A DNA stretch of 64,000 bases from Tubiluchus corallicola (taxonomy: Eukaryota > Animalia > Priapulida): the NCBI GenBank assembly GCA_030141605.1, contig JAQGDQ010000313.1:124001-188000 (forward strand), read 5' to 3'. A model generated the notes under the pieces. The model saw only the letters and a list, made by a program, of their open reading frames with translations, was not told the DNA's origin and made no database searches. This document shows positions 1-33,534 of this stretch, piece after piece. The position numbers and the translations under genes were made by a program. Position 1 is the stretch's first letter. Each line of letters starts with the position of its first letter.

Positions 1-3000
1 GTTAGTTGATAAGCTGATTATGTAATAAGTAATTACTATTGGAGGGGCTTACTTATTATGAACTACGACGCGCTGCACGATCCCTAAGCCTACCTTTTTC
101 AGCATTATTTTAATTCGGTGGTTCTACTGTTGGTGATATTATTTGCAGAGTATAATACATGACCTCCGAACAAACTCACAGGCCTGGTGCTTATTAAAGA
201 AAAAATAACAAACCATGGGAATATTAAAGGAAATCCAATCCAAGCAAGTATAGTGATATCTACAAAAGTTTAATGCTTGTTTTTAGTTAATTGTTAAGTA
301 CCAGGGTCCGCATATAGGTAGTCACATACAAAAAATTGAAGCACAGCAAAACACTCTTCATAAGTAAGGCTCAAAAATTCGTCTTAAAAATTTTTATCGC
401 TTGCACGCTGTCTTATTGCACACAGGACTTGCGTTAGCAGTAACATTGTATACAACTTGTAAATTTAAACTCCCGTAATGACCGTTAGGCACAGCTTTTT
501 TAACGACAAGTCATTTTAAGCAAGTTTAGGTAACATGGCGTAAATTTTAATCACCTTTAACACTGCGTAAAGTTTGACAAAATAAACAGAGCATTCCTAG
601 TACTCTCTTCACTAACTAAGCAAAAGCATTAATTACTTTACATAGCCAGCAAGGTCAGTAACGTGTTTTAGCAGCCAATGGTGCACACTAGGATGGTGAT
701 ACAGTGACGTTTAACCAGGAAACGCGAACATTTTAAATTATTAAGAATTTTCTTTCCAAAACATCCGAACTGAAAGAAACTGCTGCGTTGTTCACAAAAG
801 AAATGAGGCAGAGAAAATGCATTCTTGTGATCGGCAGATTTTGTAAAACTAGTAACTACTGCAAAGAGAAGAAGTTAAAATGTGTTCTTGCGACAAACAC
901 TCGTCACAACTATCAACAACACTGCTACTCTTGAGCCGATGTAGAGGTTCGTGGTAGACAGCTTATTGACAACCTGTGATAACATTAATAATGTCCAAGA
1001 AGCACAGTAAGGTTTCAAATATTTAATTGATAATTGGTAACACGCTAACAGGACAGTAATATCTCGATATCATCTTTATAACAAAGACAAATTCCAGTAA
1101 AACGCAAAGCATGACCTGCTCATGTACAGGTTAGAAAACCTTACCAATACACAGTTCGGGCTTGAACATTTGAAAGACAACTAATAAAATTCCATTATTC
1201 GAATATTGAACTGAAGAAAAATTCTGCCTATTTCACCTTTGCAATATCACAAAAAGTTTTTGCATTTCTTTCTAACGTCAAGAAATAACCAAACTGTCTC
1301 TTTTGCCACATCGAAATAATAATGCTTCTTTACTTTCATATTACCTCAACACAAGTGCTTCAACTTAGCTTTGATTTTCCTAAATACATATTCTTGTTCG
1401 CAAAAACACGATGGTCACGTGATCAGAGAGCACATCATTGATTGGTTTTAACAAATAAATTAAATTGCCCATTGAGAAAGAACAACGGTTAAATAACTCA
1501 CAAAACCACATAGCATATCGGTTACTCCTTTTCTCTCTGCAAAAGTAGCATGTTTTTCACCGCATTAACTTTCTTTATGTTTATTTTTTATCTGAACTTA
1601 GTGTTATATCTATATCTCTTTGTCACCATGTCTTATAAACCGCCCTTTTGCTCCTTATATATTTTCATTGTAAATATTTTTCTGTCTTTAAACTTCACTT
1701 ATTTACTAAGTTTGGCCACGAAATAACATGTCAGGAAGTGGTGCGCCATTGTTTATACGAAATGATTTACCATTCATCCAGAGTTAAGATTTAACAATGT
1801 CTGATGAGAATGTTGAAACAATATTTGTGGAAATATGGTGTAATAATCGTTCACCGGCAAAAGCCCATTATTATTTAATGTCAAAAAATCAGATATTTTA
1901 GCTACAGTTAACAAACACTCAAAACATGCATTCGTAACCGGTAGTTTTTTATTTTCAGACTGATTTTGATACTAAACGTTTTCTTGATAATATTTTTTTA
2001 AATTTTGCATTTCCGGTAATAACACGTCCAACTCGAATTGCAAATCTTTCAGCTACACTCATAGATAACATTTTGAGTAAAATTATACAATGTGATTACA
2101 AATCTGGCAATTTACTGTGTGATATCACCGATCGCTACTCTGTATTTCTTATAAGTGATATATTATTGCCCTTACAAACACATCAGTTTTCTTGTATAAC
2201 AATTCAAGATTTATCGAATACTACTTGGGATGAGGTTCTTGATAAGAAATACTGACGAGGCCACCAATAGTCTCTATGACAAATTCCAAAATATTTATGC
2301 CACTCAAGTCCGGAAAAAGCAAAACATTTAATTTAAATAAGGCAAAGAACCCCTGGATTACACCTCGCTTATTACAGTCCATTAAACACAAAAGGAAAAA
2401 CCTAAAAATTAGCGTTAATAGGTAATTGTACTATTACTAGTCAATACAAACAATACCGTAATACATTAAATAATCTTATAAAAGTTGCAAAACTAATTAC
2501 TGAAAAAATAAATTAGAAAACTACATAAAGAATATGGAAACAACACGGACAATAATGAAAGACATCATCTTTAAGCATGGCATGATAAACACGTATATCC
2601 TACATGTCTAAGGCAAACATATAATAAAGGAGTATATTAACGAAAATTAGTTACAAAGGCTCAAAGTGAAGCCTATATAAGCTAACCGCGAGGCGCTTAA
2701 ACTGCTTGCTAATAACACGAAACCAGATATATGTGTTATTACAGCTTCATTTGAGTAGGGTTGGCTTTCTTCGAAACCTATTTACTTGAGTCAGGCTCAT
2801 GTGACTGAAAATAGCTGAATAGCTCAATTATTGGCTTTTTATTATGCTAAAACTGTGATTCGTAAACGGAAGGCACTTGTCTCCCAAGGGATGTCAAATC
2901 TAAAGGCAAAAAAAGAAATATGGGAGGACTTTTATTTGGAAGAACTCCATCCTGCAGAAGAAGTTCTATATAGATTGTGTACATATATCGAATGAAATAG

Positions 3001-3184
3001 AAAACAAGTTTTTATCCTTATCTTATTCAGAAGTTTCACAGTTGTTAATAATTGCGAACAAGATGTGTTTTCATTTTCGGTACTTTCAACGATCGCCCGT
3101 ACTTCACTGTCCTGTTTTATAAGCTTTTAATAACTACTACCATAATAGATGAAAAATGTTATGTGAAAATTTTATGATTAGGTA

Positions 3185-3975
3185 CTAGAGGCCTAAATGA
3201 GAAACCCAACAGCTGCAAGAGAAGAAATGCGCTTGGAAATTTTCAAACTAGAATTCTGAGAGTCACTGCCCTGCAAAAAAATTAGACGTCAAGAACCGAT
3301 TGTGTACCCCAATTTGAGTGATGTACACACGGAACAATTGCGCGGCGTTATTCTGCAAGGTTTCAATATCTATTAAGAAAAACTCTTTCAGGCTTGAGCT
3401 CGCTTGCTCGCTTCACTCACTCACTCTCACTCACTCACAAACTCACTCACAAACTCACTCACTTGCTATCAGGGTTTATGCAATTTTAATAAAACATAAT
3501 TCTAAATCTAAATTTTTTAGGAGAAGCCTATAATTTGCGTACACGTAGGCTAGCAACACCAGCTTACTATAGAGAATTGCTGTATAATAAAGTTGCTTGC
3601 AAATCTGTTACCAGCTGTAAGTATTAATTCGATTTGGAACGCATTAACGTGAGTCCTCAACTCCCAATAGACTCACAATGCTATAAACGCTGCACGCAAG
3701 TCGACAATACGGTACAGCAATAGTTAGGATCGAACGTCTTTGAAGAACATTACTAACCAAAAACTCGACGGAAAAAACTTTATTTTATATTAATTTCTGA
3801 CATAGTGACCGTGAGCTTTGACTTTTAGAACCAAAAAACAGGTCTCGCCCACACCTATCCCTACGCGAAGTTCTGTGATTATAACTTCATGAGTTTTGAT
3901 TTCATTATGCCAAAAGACAAGCAGACATGCAGACACACATTAAGGAAAACATTATACTATTAGCCGACAAAAATA
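3185..3975. repeat. Probable non-autonomous interspersed repeat remnants (Helentron-associated/MITE-like) with a (TCAC)n tract
   Basis: ACTAGA starts at ~3185 and ~3247, (TCAC)n-like tract at ~3410-3460, and gaccgtgagctttgac...agacaagcagacatgcagacacac motifs at 3806-3940 resembling common invertebrate non-autonomous elements. Family not established. Confidence 0.3.
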
Positions 3976-4018
3976 GCCTGATAGCCATTAACTGAAGAAG
4001 TAAGCGTTGAAAAATCGT

Positions 4019-4096
4019 GGGTTAACTAAGACTTGAACCCAGAAACTCGCGATCACTCTAAAAGTGCCTTACTCACATACCGACTACAGTTGGCGT
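4019..4096 (-). mobile_element. tRNA-derived SINE-like head (degenerate)
   Basis: Minus strand reads gccaactgtagtcggtatgtgagtaaggcac...ctgGGTTCAAGTCttagttaaccc, with an A-box-like stretch and a B-box at tRNA spacing but no complete cloverleaf. Confidence 0.35.
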
Positions 4097-4679
4097 GGTA
4101 GTAACAAATAGTCACCAAAGATAATAATTATTAGCACGCAGTTATAATCGCATTAACATAGCCGACGTTTGTCTTCTAACTTGTCTTATAGAAAATCGTA
4201 AGTGTGTCGCAGCCATACGAAATTTGTTAGCAAGTTTTTTCTTACTTTTCAGTAAAGCTAATAAAACGTAAACTAAGATTGTAAGATAAAGCAAGGCTTA
4301 CTAATGTCTAGTAAAGCTCTTTATAAAAATCATGTATTTGTTGATGATACGTCAGCTTTAGTCAAAAAATTGTCTCAACGCATATGCAGCTAACCAATGG
4401 TCTAGTGGCTAAAGCAAATATCTTTACCTAATGCAACATAACGGTGTTTAATGTCATTTTGTGGGCGAGTTTTCGATTAGCTTTCGGTAGAAAGTAAGAA
4501 AGAGTCATTTTAATATTCTGTGATATCTTATACATCAAAATCATTGTCAAGTCTAATTTCGCTGACTAATTTCATGTCAATGTCAAGCATGTTACTGTTC
4601 TAACTGGCCCTGTCAAGCGGTCCAGTAACACGCATAAAACAAAAACCTTGGTAAAAGCAATAAATAGACAATGACTTAC

Positions 4680-5001
4680 GTGGTATATCATCACAGAGTT
4701 TCCACACTCCACCTCTCACTGGAACAAAGTAGTGAGTTGTTTTATTGATAGATTCTAATGCCTGCTTCGATATCTCCATTACAATAAATCTTTCTTCTGT
4801 GATAGAAAGAGAGGCATTCGACGTGTTTGAATTAATGTTGAATTCTTCCACGAGATGGTGCAATAGCTGAGGATCATAACCAATCATCTCCCAGTAATCC
4901 GTAACGAAGGCAACCACAAGGCACAGTGTAGAAACAATGGCGAACAGTACGCAGCATAAAATGCAAATGTAAATGGTTGTGATAGACGGGTTTGACGTCA
5001 T
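4680..5001 (-). CDS. First coding exon of a claudin/PMP22/TMEM47-like tetraspan membrane protein (downstream exons not resolved)
   Basis: ATG at 5001. Hydrophobic TM1 (IYICILCCVLFAIVSTLCLVVAFV) is followed by TDYW and later GGVWKLC, matching the W...GLW..C signature of the claudin/PMP22 superfamily. GTAAGT donor at 4679; polypyrimidine-CAG acceptor ending at 5019. Confidence 0.75.
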
Positions 5002-7899
5002 CACTGTGTCATGATGAGCTGGAGCAACAAATTAATAAAAGTTTATAATTATTTGCATATAGTAATAAATGAAATTAGAACTTATTCTAATAATTTTTTT
5101 CCAGTTTCCTCTTCAACAAAGCAATCAAGTCAAAAGACACAAAATTGGCATTTACCAGACATCCGCTTACGCATTCCGGATGTCTGGGAAGTGCCGCTTA
5201 ATTGTGAAAAGCTTTCAGAAATATACATACCTTTTCTCTACAGCAATACACGCGGCGAAAATGAAACAATCAGTTAGCTCTGTAATTATAATTTAGACAA
5301 CTTAGCACATCGTTCTTGACAAAGTGGTAAAATTTAAGAATCATGAATTGTTCGAGTCACTTCTTTTATCCTAAAATATCACGCTAATGCCTAATACTTA
5401 ATATACAAATTTTCTGTTCGTTTAAAAGCGTAAAGATGCTGTTTTGACTAATCGGATTTGAATTTGATTAATTTAGAGAACAGCAGTAATCTAGAACAAA
5501 AAGTAGGCTTATTGCTAGCAACAAAAGTCCACGTAGCGCCGACAACAATAATTATTATCTTTACAGCGATGAAATCCCACTGAATTGGTGTGTCCATTGC
5601 GACGCATGCGCATTGTTTAAAAATGTCTACAGCTGCCGCAAATGCAACAGCAACAGCTTCTGCAGTTATTACAGTCAGTAACTGTCGTCAATGCAGATGG
5701 AATTGCTGTGAAGCGAGTTTTTTCGCATTAAATTCTTCAACAGTATTGATAGGATGAACTTCTGTGGCATAACGACATGTTCGTATACAGTTTTAATGAG
5801 CAGAGTTATCAAAATGTCGCTTTATTAATTTTGTGTATAAAATTATTATCAACATTAATTTTAATTTGCATGAAATGTGAATATTCGTTTTTTTAATAAA
5901 TTTACGTGTCAGTAGGCTTAAAAATCGTCATCGACTTTATTAAAATCCTGTTATTGTAAATTACAGATATCACTTGTTACTAGACATGTACTCGTGCTTT
6001 AAGTGCAAAATAAAACTTTCAGTGCAGTGGCTCCTCGTTAAAAGTGCTACTAAGCACGTTCCAAAAACTTCCATTGCTTACATCAAACCTAATGAACGTA
6101 CCAAACAACTAGCGTATAATAAATCCATTTCATAACAATTAGGTCATTTATTGCCATATTTGATCAGCAGTTACCGCACTGATGCATTCACCAGTGCGAA
6201 GCCTGTATCAACAAAGTCCCAAAAAGCAAGTAGCAAATAAACTGCTCCCGTAACTATGGCAACGCTTTAATTCCTTTGTGAGTATGAAATTTAGCTATTA
6301 GAAAGCACACAATTGAATTACATTAATAGCAACGAAAAATATATCTTTTAGAACACTACAACCACGTGTAGGTCTATAGAGCTTCCTGTTGTTTAGAGGT
6401 TTTCACACTGATTTTTCTGGCTTTACGCATTCTCACGAGTTATCCTACGCCTTCTCAAGTTTTCAAATGTTCCACATTGTACACGTTTTCCAACGTTCTC
6501 TGTCGCGCAGTATATTCTAATCACTCTTGTGAATGCTTCCAGAACTTGTGTGGCCTTCTAAAGACGTGTAAAGATGTGTGAACCTATCCGAAGACGTGTT
6601 TACTCGTGAAATAATATAAAATTAAGTAATGAATAATGCCGGTGTAGTTGTATTTGCATAAACCTGCTTGAAAACGTGTGCGATTGCGTAAGTGCTGTAT
6701 TAAACCACCATTCAGATACGTGGAGCTCAGTCAGTAAATCTATCCAAGCTTACAGGAAACATTCAACAAAAATATAATTTATTATTTATAACTTAATTTC
6801 GATCAAGTCATATTGTTTAATCTATAATTACTAAAATTTTGAGATCCAATTTGGCAAAAAAAGATGAAAAAATCAGTCATTCAGGTTACGCTCACTTCCA
6901 TGCGTGCTAAACCACACAGATTATTCATTCATTATTCAGTTTATTTATCTCCCAGTAAACAGTACTTACACATGTTACGTATAGTGTGTGAACAGAATTA
7001 AATTTACAAAGAAAACAAACAAATAAATACCGCACACAGTCAGAAGATAATCAAATCCCCACACAACACGAATTACCTGCCATCCAGACAAGTGTATTAG
7101 TTATACTGATGCAACAATTTCACAATTACTAAAACGTTTAAACCAATTTTATACCGAAAGAAAGGTAAAACTTAGTTTCATAATATTGTGCAGTCCATTT
7201 CATCACCATCTGGATTACTGTTGAATGCATGAAGACTTGTTTCTTAATTGTTTGGTAGAGTTAAATAACATTTAGTTAAAACGTCTATCAAAAACGTTAA
7301 TCTAAAGAAAACCCTGATATTGCTGTTTATATACAGTTCTGTGTAGGCAAATTTTGACTGCACCTTATAACATGACACATTAGGTATGTAAAAGTAAGCG
7401 CATACTAAACGTAAGCGTAATCGTGTATCGAAATGACCATAATCGCATTTGCTGGCGCTTTCTGAATGGCTGAAAATGGCTAAGTCGCAACGAAACCATT
7501 AATTGAAGCCACTCTACAAATCCTGTATACTATCTTCACGTTGGTTCCTGTTGGTTCAACTTATTGACACAATGTTTCATCGGTCTTGCTAACAAATTAC
7601 TTGCAGAGAAATTGTTAAGCTTCTTTTTTGAGGCGAAATTAGAAAAAGTTGCTTCTCTGCTTCTTCTACTCTTTAACAACACTTATTTTGCTATGCCCTT
7701 TGCTAGTACCTCGATATGGTTTTAAAGCCATAAAAACTTGCTAATAATTAAAATGTGGAAATAGTATAAAACTATTTTTAAAACGCTCAGTACGGCGAAG
7801 GTACAGGGTACATCAGTTGCTTATCAGTACATCATTCTATTTAGGTAATAAATAATGAAGTCTGCTGTCTTGGTTTTGAATTTACGTCGTGAATATCTT

Positions 7900-8300
7900 G
7901 GTAGAATTCATCTTGGTAGATGAATATCCACGTTCATCTCTACGTTCAGACAAACATTCACTTTTGACAAGTGTATGCCGTTTAAATAAAGTGTGCAAGG
8001 GAAAATTAATTTTAAAATTCGTTTTTGGATTCCAGCAACTTTGACTTTCTGTATGCCATACATGACAAGTGTGTTCCAGCGTCGGCCTTATTACTGCACA
8101 ATAAACAGTAATCATATCTTTCTGCGAAATTCCAGTTCTCTTTAAAAGTCTTGTCAAGTAAATAAGTTTGTAAGATTTTATGTGTATTTCTTCAACACGC
8201 ACATTCTAAGTTAAACAATCAGATACATAAACACCTAATAGTTTCGCAGAACTGAGTCTTTAAACACTTTGATTACATAATAACAGGAAGAATATTTGTT
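7900..8300 (-). mobile_element. Degenerate non-LTR retrotransposon (CR1/L2-like) ORF2 fragment, post-RT region
   Basis: Minus-strand translation SSAKLLGVYVSDCLT*NVRVEEIHIKSYKLIYLTRLLKRTGISQKDMITVYCAVIRPTLEHTCHVWH matches the typical KLLGV...W..HV...KRLYFLR.LKR.G......Y...IRP.LEY...VW motif. Contains an in-frame stop. Confidence 0.8.
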
Positions 8301-9156
8301 TCAGCTTTAGAAAAGTGAATGCATTTCTGAAAACGTCGAACTATTAGCTATCTTATTGTTTAATTGGGCTCATTCCAGTGCCTGTGTGGGAATCTGCAAT
8401 TTAAGTTGCAGTCTGCAATTTAGTTGACTTGCCAGGGCCACAGGTATCAACATATATTTTCTATATATGGTTTCAAAATGACTTAACATTGTAATGAATA
8501 ATTTGGTAGAGTTAATAGTGCAACAGTAATAGCAATAAATCACTTAGTTGAAATGAACATAATAATTAGATGGCGCCAATTTGTTTAGAAATTTGCCGTA
8601 CAATCTTCCTTTTTATTTAAAGTCGATAATGACAGTTTACAATCATCACGAGGAATTTTATTTTCATCTAGCGAAATTTACGCTAGGATAAAAAGAATTA
8701 TGGATGGTATAGAATAAAAACAAAAATTACAATACATGCAAATCAGACCTGTTTTTCATATAGCATATAGTACCAATCTACAGTTACGAAATATTACAAA
8801 TTTGTAAGTAAACTACAAAACTTGTAGTGGCTAGGTGTTTTCCAGATATTCTGCATTTTCATCACGTCATTCTGCAACTTACACTGAATTACTCTACATT
8901 TTTTGTAATTATAGCAATAAAATCAAACATTGTTTCAGATACTTTTTCTATGCTAAATAATTTGTTTGTGAGAGAATACAGTCTATTTTCTCAAATTTTT
9001 CTATATAATTTTAACAGATTCATAAATTATATGTACAACTATAAATTTTCTGTAAATTTACCATATTTCCCAGTAAAATCAATGAATTCAAACCATGGAC
9101 TATATAGACAAATTGTATAAAATAATATATTTTTAAAGGAAACCGTAAAAGAAACC

Positions 9157-17394
<8,238 letters not shown>

Positions 17395-20300
17395 TTTCAA
17401 CAATAGATGGGTGCAAAAAGTTGATTTTCTAACTCGGTGCAAAAACTCTAGCAAGACTCCTTACCTGAAAGACATATTTTGGAGGACAATATTATAATTT
17501 CTATTTAAGGCAATGCAACAAGACAACAACCGCTTTTTCCTCGTTCTATTGTTAGAAATAAAATAGAATAAGAAAATGCAGATTAGAGAAAAATCATTAG
17601 TTTGGCCCAAGGCTGCTCAACAAGCGATGCCACATCATAGCTACGATAGTGTTACAGCGCCTTTCGAAATTTTTATAATAATTTGTTTTTCATAAAGAAA
17701 ATTGCACTGTACATGTATCTTTAATATGTAGATAACGACAGCGTAAAATTAAGAATAAGGGCAGCAGACTGTAAATTCGGAATTACGTTGTTTTTTGTAA
17801 ATTATGCAGAATGTTTAAGTTAAAAAGATTTATGGCATTCGGTTAGTTTCTTATGTATTTATTTAATTATTTGTTTATTCATTTTATCACAATCCATATA
17901 AATTCGTATTCGTTATGTAAATTTACAATTTACACTAAGAAAACATGTATGAAATACAAGCAAAAGTCACTGTAACACAAAATACAAAAATATCACATAA
18001 TTAATACATTAAAACTAAAATTAGCTAAAATCATAACTGCGGGTTAGATTATGAGGTAAAAACACAAAGCGGATAATAACTTATGTTATTGTAAAAAATT
18101 ATCCAGTTGCACAAATTTTAAACTATTGTTAGAAAATCTTTTCGTTTGAGGGTTTGTGCAGCGAATAAAGGTGAGCTATTTACGTGAAAGAAGGAAGAGC
18201 ATATCATATGTTTATAACTCTACTACTAAAACAATAGCTCAGACAGTCAGTATGACAATATTTCACATACACCTAATGCTTTGATACCTATTCACAGTTG
18301 AGATACGAGAGAAAAAACATTTGCATATATTCTTTGTGAACAATTTCGTAACACATTACTGGGCTTTAATGTGTACAACGTAACTCAAAGGGTGAAGTTT
18401 CAAAATTGTTAATTTTTCCGGATATGAAATTTTAGGAATAACCTGCAATTAAAAACCCCAATGAAGCCAATTAATGAAACATTGCGCAATGTCATTAGCA
18501 TGTTTATATGCCCGATGAGAACGGCATTTAACTCGTTTCATTTGTAAAAGAAGGTAGCAGAATCAAAATAATTTCAACAACAGATTTATTTAAAGTCAAA
18601 GGTTGTTGAAGAAAAACTGTGGTGCGCCAACATTGCATTACATCCTGTATTGTATGGGCGGTGTGTGCATCATCCCGTGTAACGCTGCCATGTAATATCT
18701 TTGGTGTGCTCTGACTTGACTACTACCAGTATACGAATACCCAATATAATATCTTTGCCAGTATGCCCAATATACAATTTACACTATTACCACTACTACC
18801 CAATATACAATATAGTAACTACCACCTGCGATCTCAACAAGCATTTATCGTCGCGTTTTTGTCTTGCATAATGTTGCTATTTTATTACTTTTACTATAAC
18901 ATTAGACCACGGCGTTTTAAAAATTAATTTTATTAAACTTTATAATAATAATAAAGAAGTAACATTGAGAAATTCACCTGACACAAAGCATAGGAACTGG
19001 AAAATTTGGTGTAGCACTTGTAAAAAAGCAAAAATCAGCTTTCTCCGAATGTTGCTCCAATCCGTCCTTCAACATATCCACTGAAATATCGACGAACTTT
19101 ATCTCTTGTTGAAAATCCGTACTGCTTAATAAGTCCAAAGTTCTAACTCGACGCAAAACAGCTATCTAACACTGGCGTATTTACACGCATCAATCCATAG
19201 TATTTCAGAACCGAGACCAAAAATAATTTTCTTTCAAAGGCGCAAAAAACTGAATTCAGCATAGCAAATTGTCAAACCAGCCGAATTTTGTCAAGTACAA
19301 ACTAACATATTTTAAATCGATGAGTACAAAAACACTAATAGTTATAATTTAAAATATGCACAATGTTTTTCACGTTTCGTCTAAATTTAAAGTATAGCAA
19401 ATAGTTGGTAGGCCTATTTTGTTCACAAACGAATAACCTGAGAAGAAAAACAGAGAGAACGTCATAGCATGTCGCCAATCATTTCAGACTAAGGTCGACA
19501 TCTTAAAAAATAAGCAAAATGTTTCTGTTCTTGTGTGGTGGATAATACAATAATTATTATCATTACAATGATTTTATGTTAAAGGAAGACATGATGATTT
19601 TTCATATACTACCCCATTTTCAAGTCCGATAAAAAGTATACATTTTAACACGATTAATACTGCAAAAGCGTTTCTGGTAATTACATAATATTAAAAACTT
19701 AACGGTGGGCGAGCCCAACTATTGATTACATCACAAACTAGCATAATTTTCAATAGCAAAAATAATCTACGAGCATGCTGCACGTGTTTACGAAAATTGA
19801 AAGGCAATGCTACTGTAACATATTCAGTGTATTGTATTAAAATTAGGAATGTTTTAAGATAAAAATTCACATTGCAAATTTACCGCTGTGCTCACGCATG
19901 AGCTGTCGAACGTGCGTAGTTCGTCAGAAACTAACACATCTGAATTGAGAAGTACAGTACCTGTTTTAGTGCAACGCGTTTCCGAAATGCAGGCGCTAGT
20001 GCCTATCTAACTAGCGAATGACGAAATGCATGTAACATCGAAGAACTAGCCGCGCAAACGCGAAATTGCGTTTCTGTGGTAATAATTCTTTTACGTAAGT
20101 CATTTTTGAAAAAATAGTATGTTGCCTTTTAATATTTTAAAGAGTAGATTGTCTTAACCTACAGTTTAAGATTGGGTCCGATTTTGCTTTAACGAAATTT
20201 CAGGAGAATCCAGGTGACGTCAGATTATGATCGAGTTCAGAAGTTACCCAAAATTTGGTTGATCATACAGTATAAATATCACAAGTGCAGAAAATTTATG

Positions 20301-22494
20301 AGTGTAATGCAACACACTATTAACAAGATTGCAGCTTATTTATTTGTCAAGAAAAAGCAATTACTACATGTACATAACCACTTTCCTAAAATAAATTCAT
20401 TTCTATCACACAATCTAAAAAAATTTACAGGTATTTACAAACAGCTTATTGAAAAGCAACGGCTATGTGACTACCTAAAAATGTCTTCCTTTCAAATCAT
20501 AACAACAACATTAATGACCTATAGTTTTACTCAGTTTACCATATTCATAACTAATTCAAAATCAAGCCTACATTATTGCATTTAAATTATTGGGCTTATT
20601 CAATTCTATTTGTGTGACCAAATTTATTGTACATTGAAAAAAAATACATTTATCGAATTTATCACGTTAAAAATACGGAGCTGTATAATCATTTTAAGAA
20701 ACACTGCGTTTCAACACTAAGAATGCATTCTTGTTTGGCACCTACTTTACAACCGATCAAGCTACCCGATTTTGACATAAACGTGCTCGTAACAAAAGTT
20801 ATGTCATGACTTAAATCGTTCGTTTTGAGTAGACCTATTTTATGATATTACATTACTTTATTGTAACTAAACACATATTCTAGGTAAATATTCATTTGTC
20901 AGAGTTACAGATATAAACAACTTGTAAACATAGATAAACGCTGACATTGTTCACCTTTCGTATTAGCGTTGCAAGTTACAGCAATTTGATTTTTTGTTTT
21001 TTTTTGACAGTGCTGTAATTACGTAGCTATGCCAGGACTCGGGTAGCTGGCTTACGATTTAGAGGAGGCCTGTTCCGCCAGTAAAGAAAGGAGTCCTACA
21101 GAACAAAATATTAATATTTTTCCTGTTCCGTTACTTGTAACTGCTTCAAACACACTGCATGTAGATATGAGCATTCGTGCATCTATTTGTATTTAGGATT
21201 GATTACAAAAACCCGTAGCAACCTACGTAGCTATAAACAAAGTACCATATATCACCCGCAAACAAAAACAGCTTACAAAGTAAAAATTATTTAACATTCA
21301 GAAATTAGCACATAGTTTATAGTGCTAAAGCATAAAAGTAGATCATATGGCAACAAAATATTTTGCAGCCTAGTAGTCATACGAAAAACTATGCTTTCTA
21401 AATATGTTTTCCGCAGGGTTATAATCTTGTTTTAGGAACTTTTACAATGAGAACCTCTCTAGCAAAATTTAACAATCATTTCTTGCATGTGTACATTTTA
21501 CAATAGGAGCTTAATGGGTTTACCCACGAGTTTGTACCCTCGAGTTAAATCATTTTTTGACACCCACTCTTACCTCGTGTAGGCGAAATGCTAATGTTGC
21601 AAACTTTTACTCTAGTTCAAACTGGCAGTCATAGAAATGGAAAGGCTCTGGAAGTGTATGAACTACTTTTGGACCGACTTGCTTTTGTTATCACACGTAA
21701 AGTGGGGTTATTTACTTGCGGTTAATTACAGTTTTAAGTGTCAAGCCTAACGGCGTTAATGACTCTGCTTGCTCATCAGTCAAAATGAGGTATGCTCTCT
21801 TTTCTGCGTTGACCTTTTTCAGAAAATTGAACTAAAATGCTACATTTGTGCAAATCACAGCCGTCAAATTTTCATATTAGTTACCTATACATAGATCACA
21901 ATACAGCCTAATTCACTACAATAACGACTATAAAACAAACACAAACACCACTTTTTTACCTACAAATTATACATAACTTTACATAACTTTATAACAAGTT
22001 ATACGTATAATGTTATAACTTGTAAGTTATACACATAACTTAATAAATGTGAATGTATACTGCATGCTAAATCTCCTAAAAGTATGTATAAAAGAAATAT
22101 GCTTCATTTTTAGACACAATCACAGCTTACTATTTGCAATCATAGATCATAACAAAGCAAACACAAATCTAGATCTTTGACAAGAAAAGCATAATCTGAA
22201 ACATGGAATTTTCTCTATTAAAAAGAAAAATACGCGCGATCTTCGCAGAAAGACATTTCATGCGTATTTTGAAGATACTGAATTACGTGCATAACGATAA
22301 GTAATCTTCTATTAACCGTAACCTATAACTTATTACCATTAACTGAACAAGCAGTTATGCACTATTGCAAATGTTCTAGATTACTACTCATAATTATCAA
22401 CGATATGCGCATGCGCCGCCTTACCTTAATTACCTTAAGTCAATATCTTAATTAATATCACAGACAGTGCACTCTAGGTTTCTATCGCCCCATT

Positions 22495-33534
<11,040 letters not shown>

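Noticed and set aside
1145-1210. Possible second exon of the claudin-like gene (phase-compatible)
   Set aside because: The peptide has no family-diagnostic residues, so it is unsupported without transcripts.
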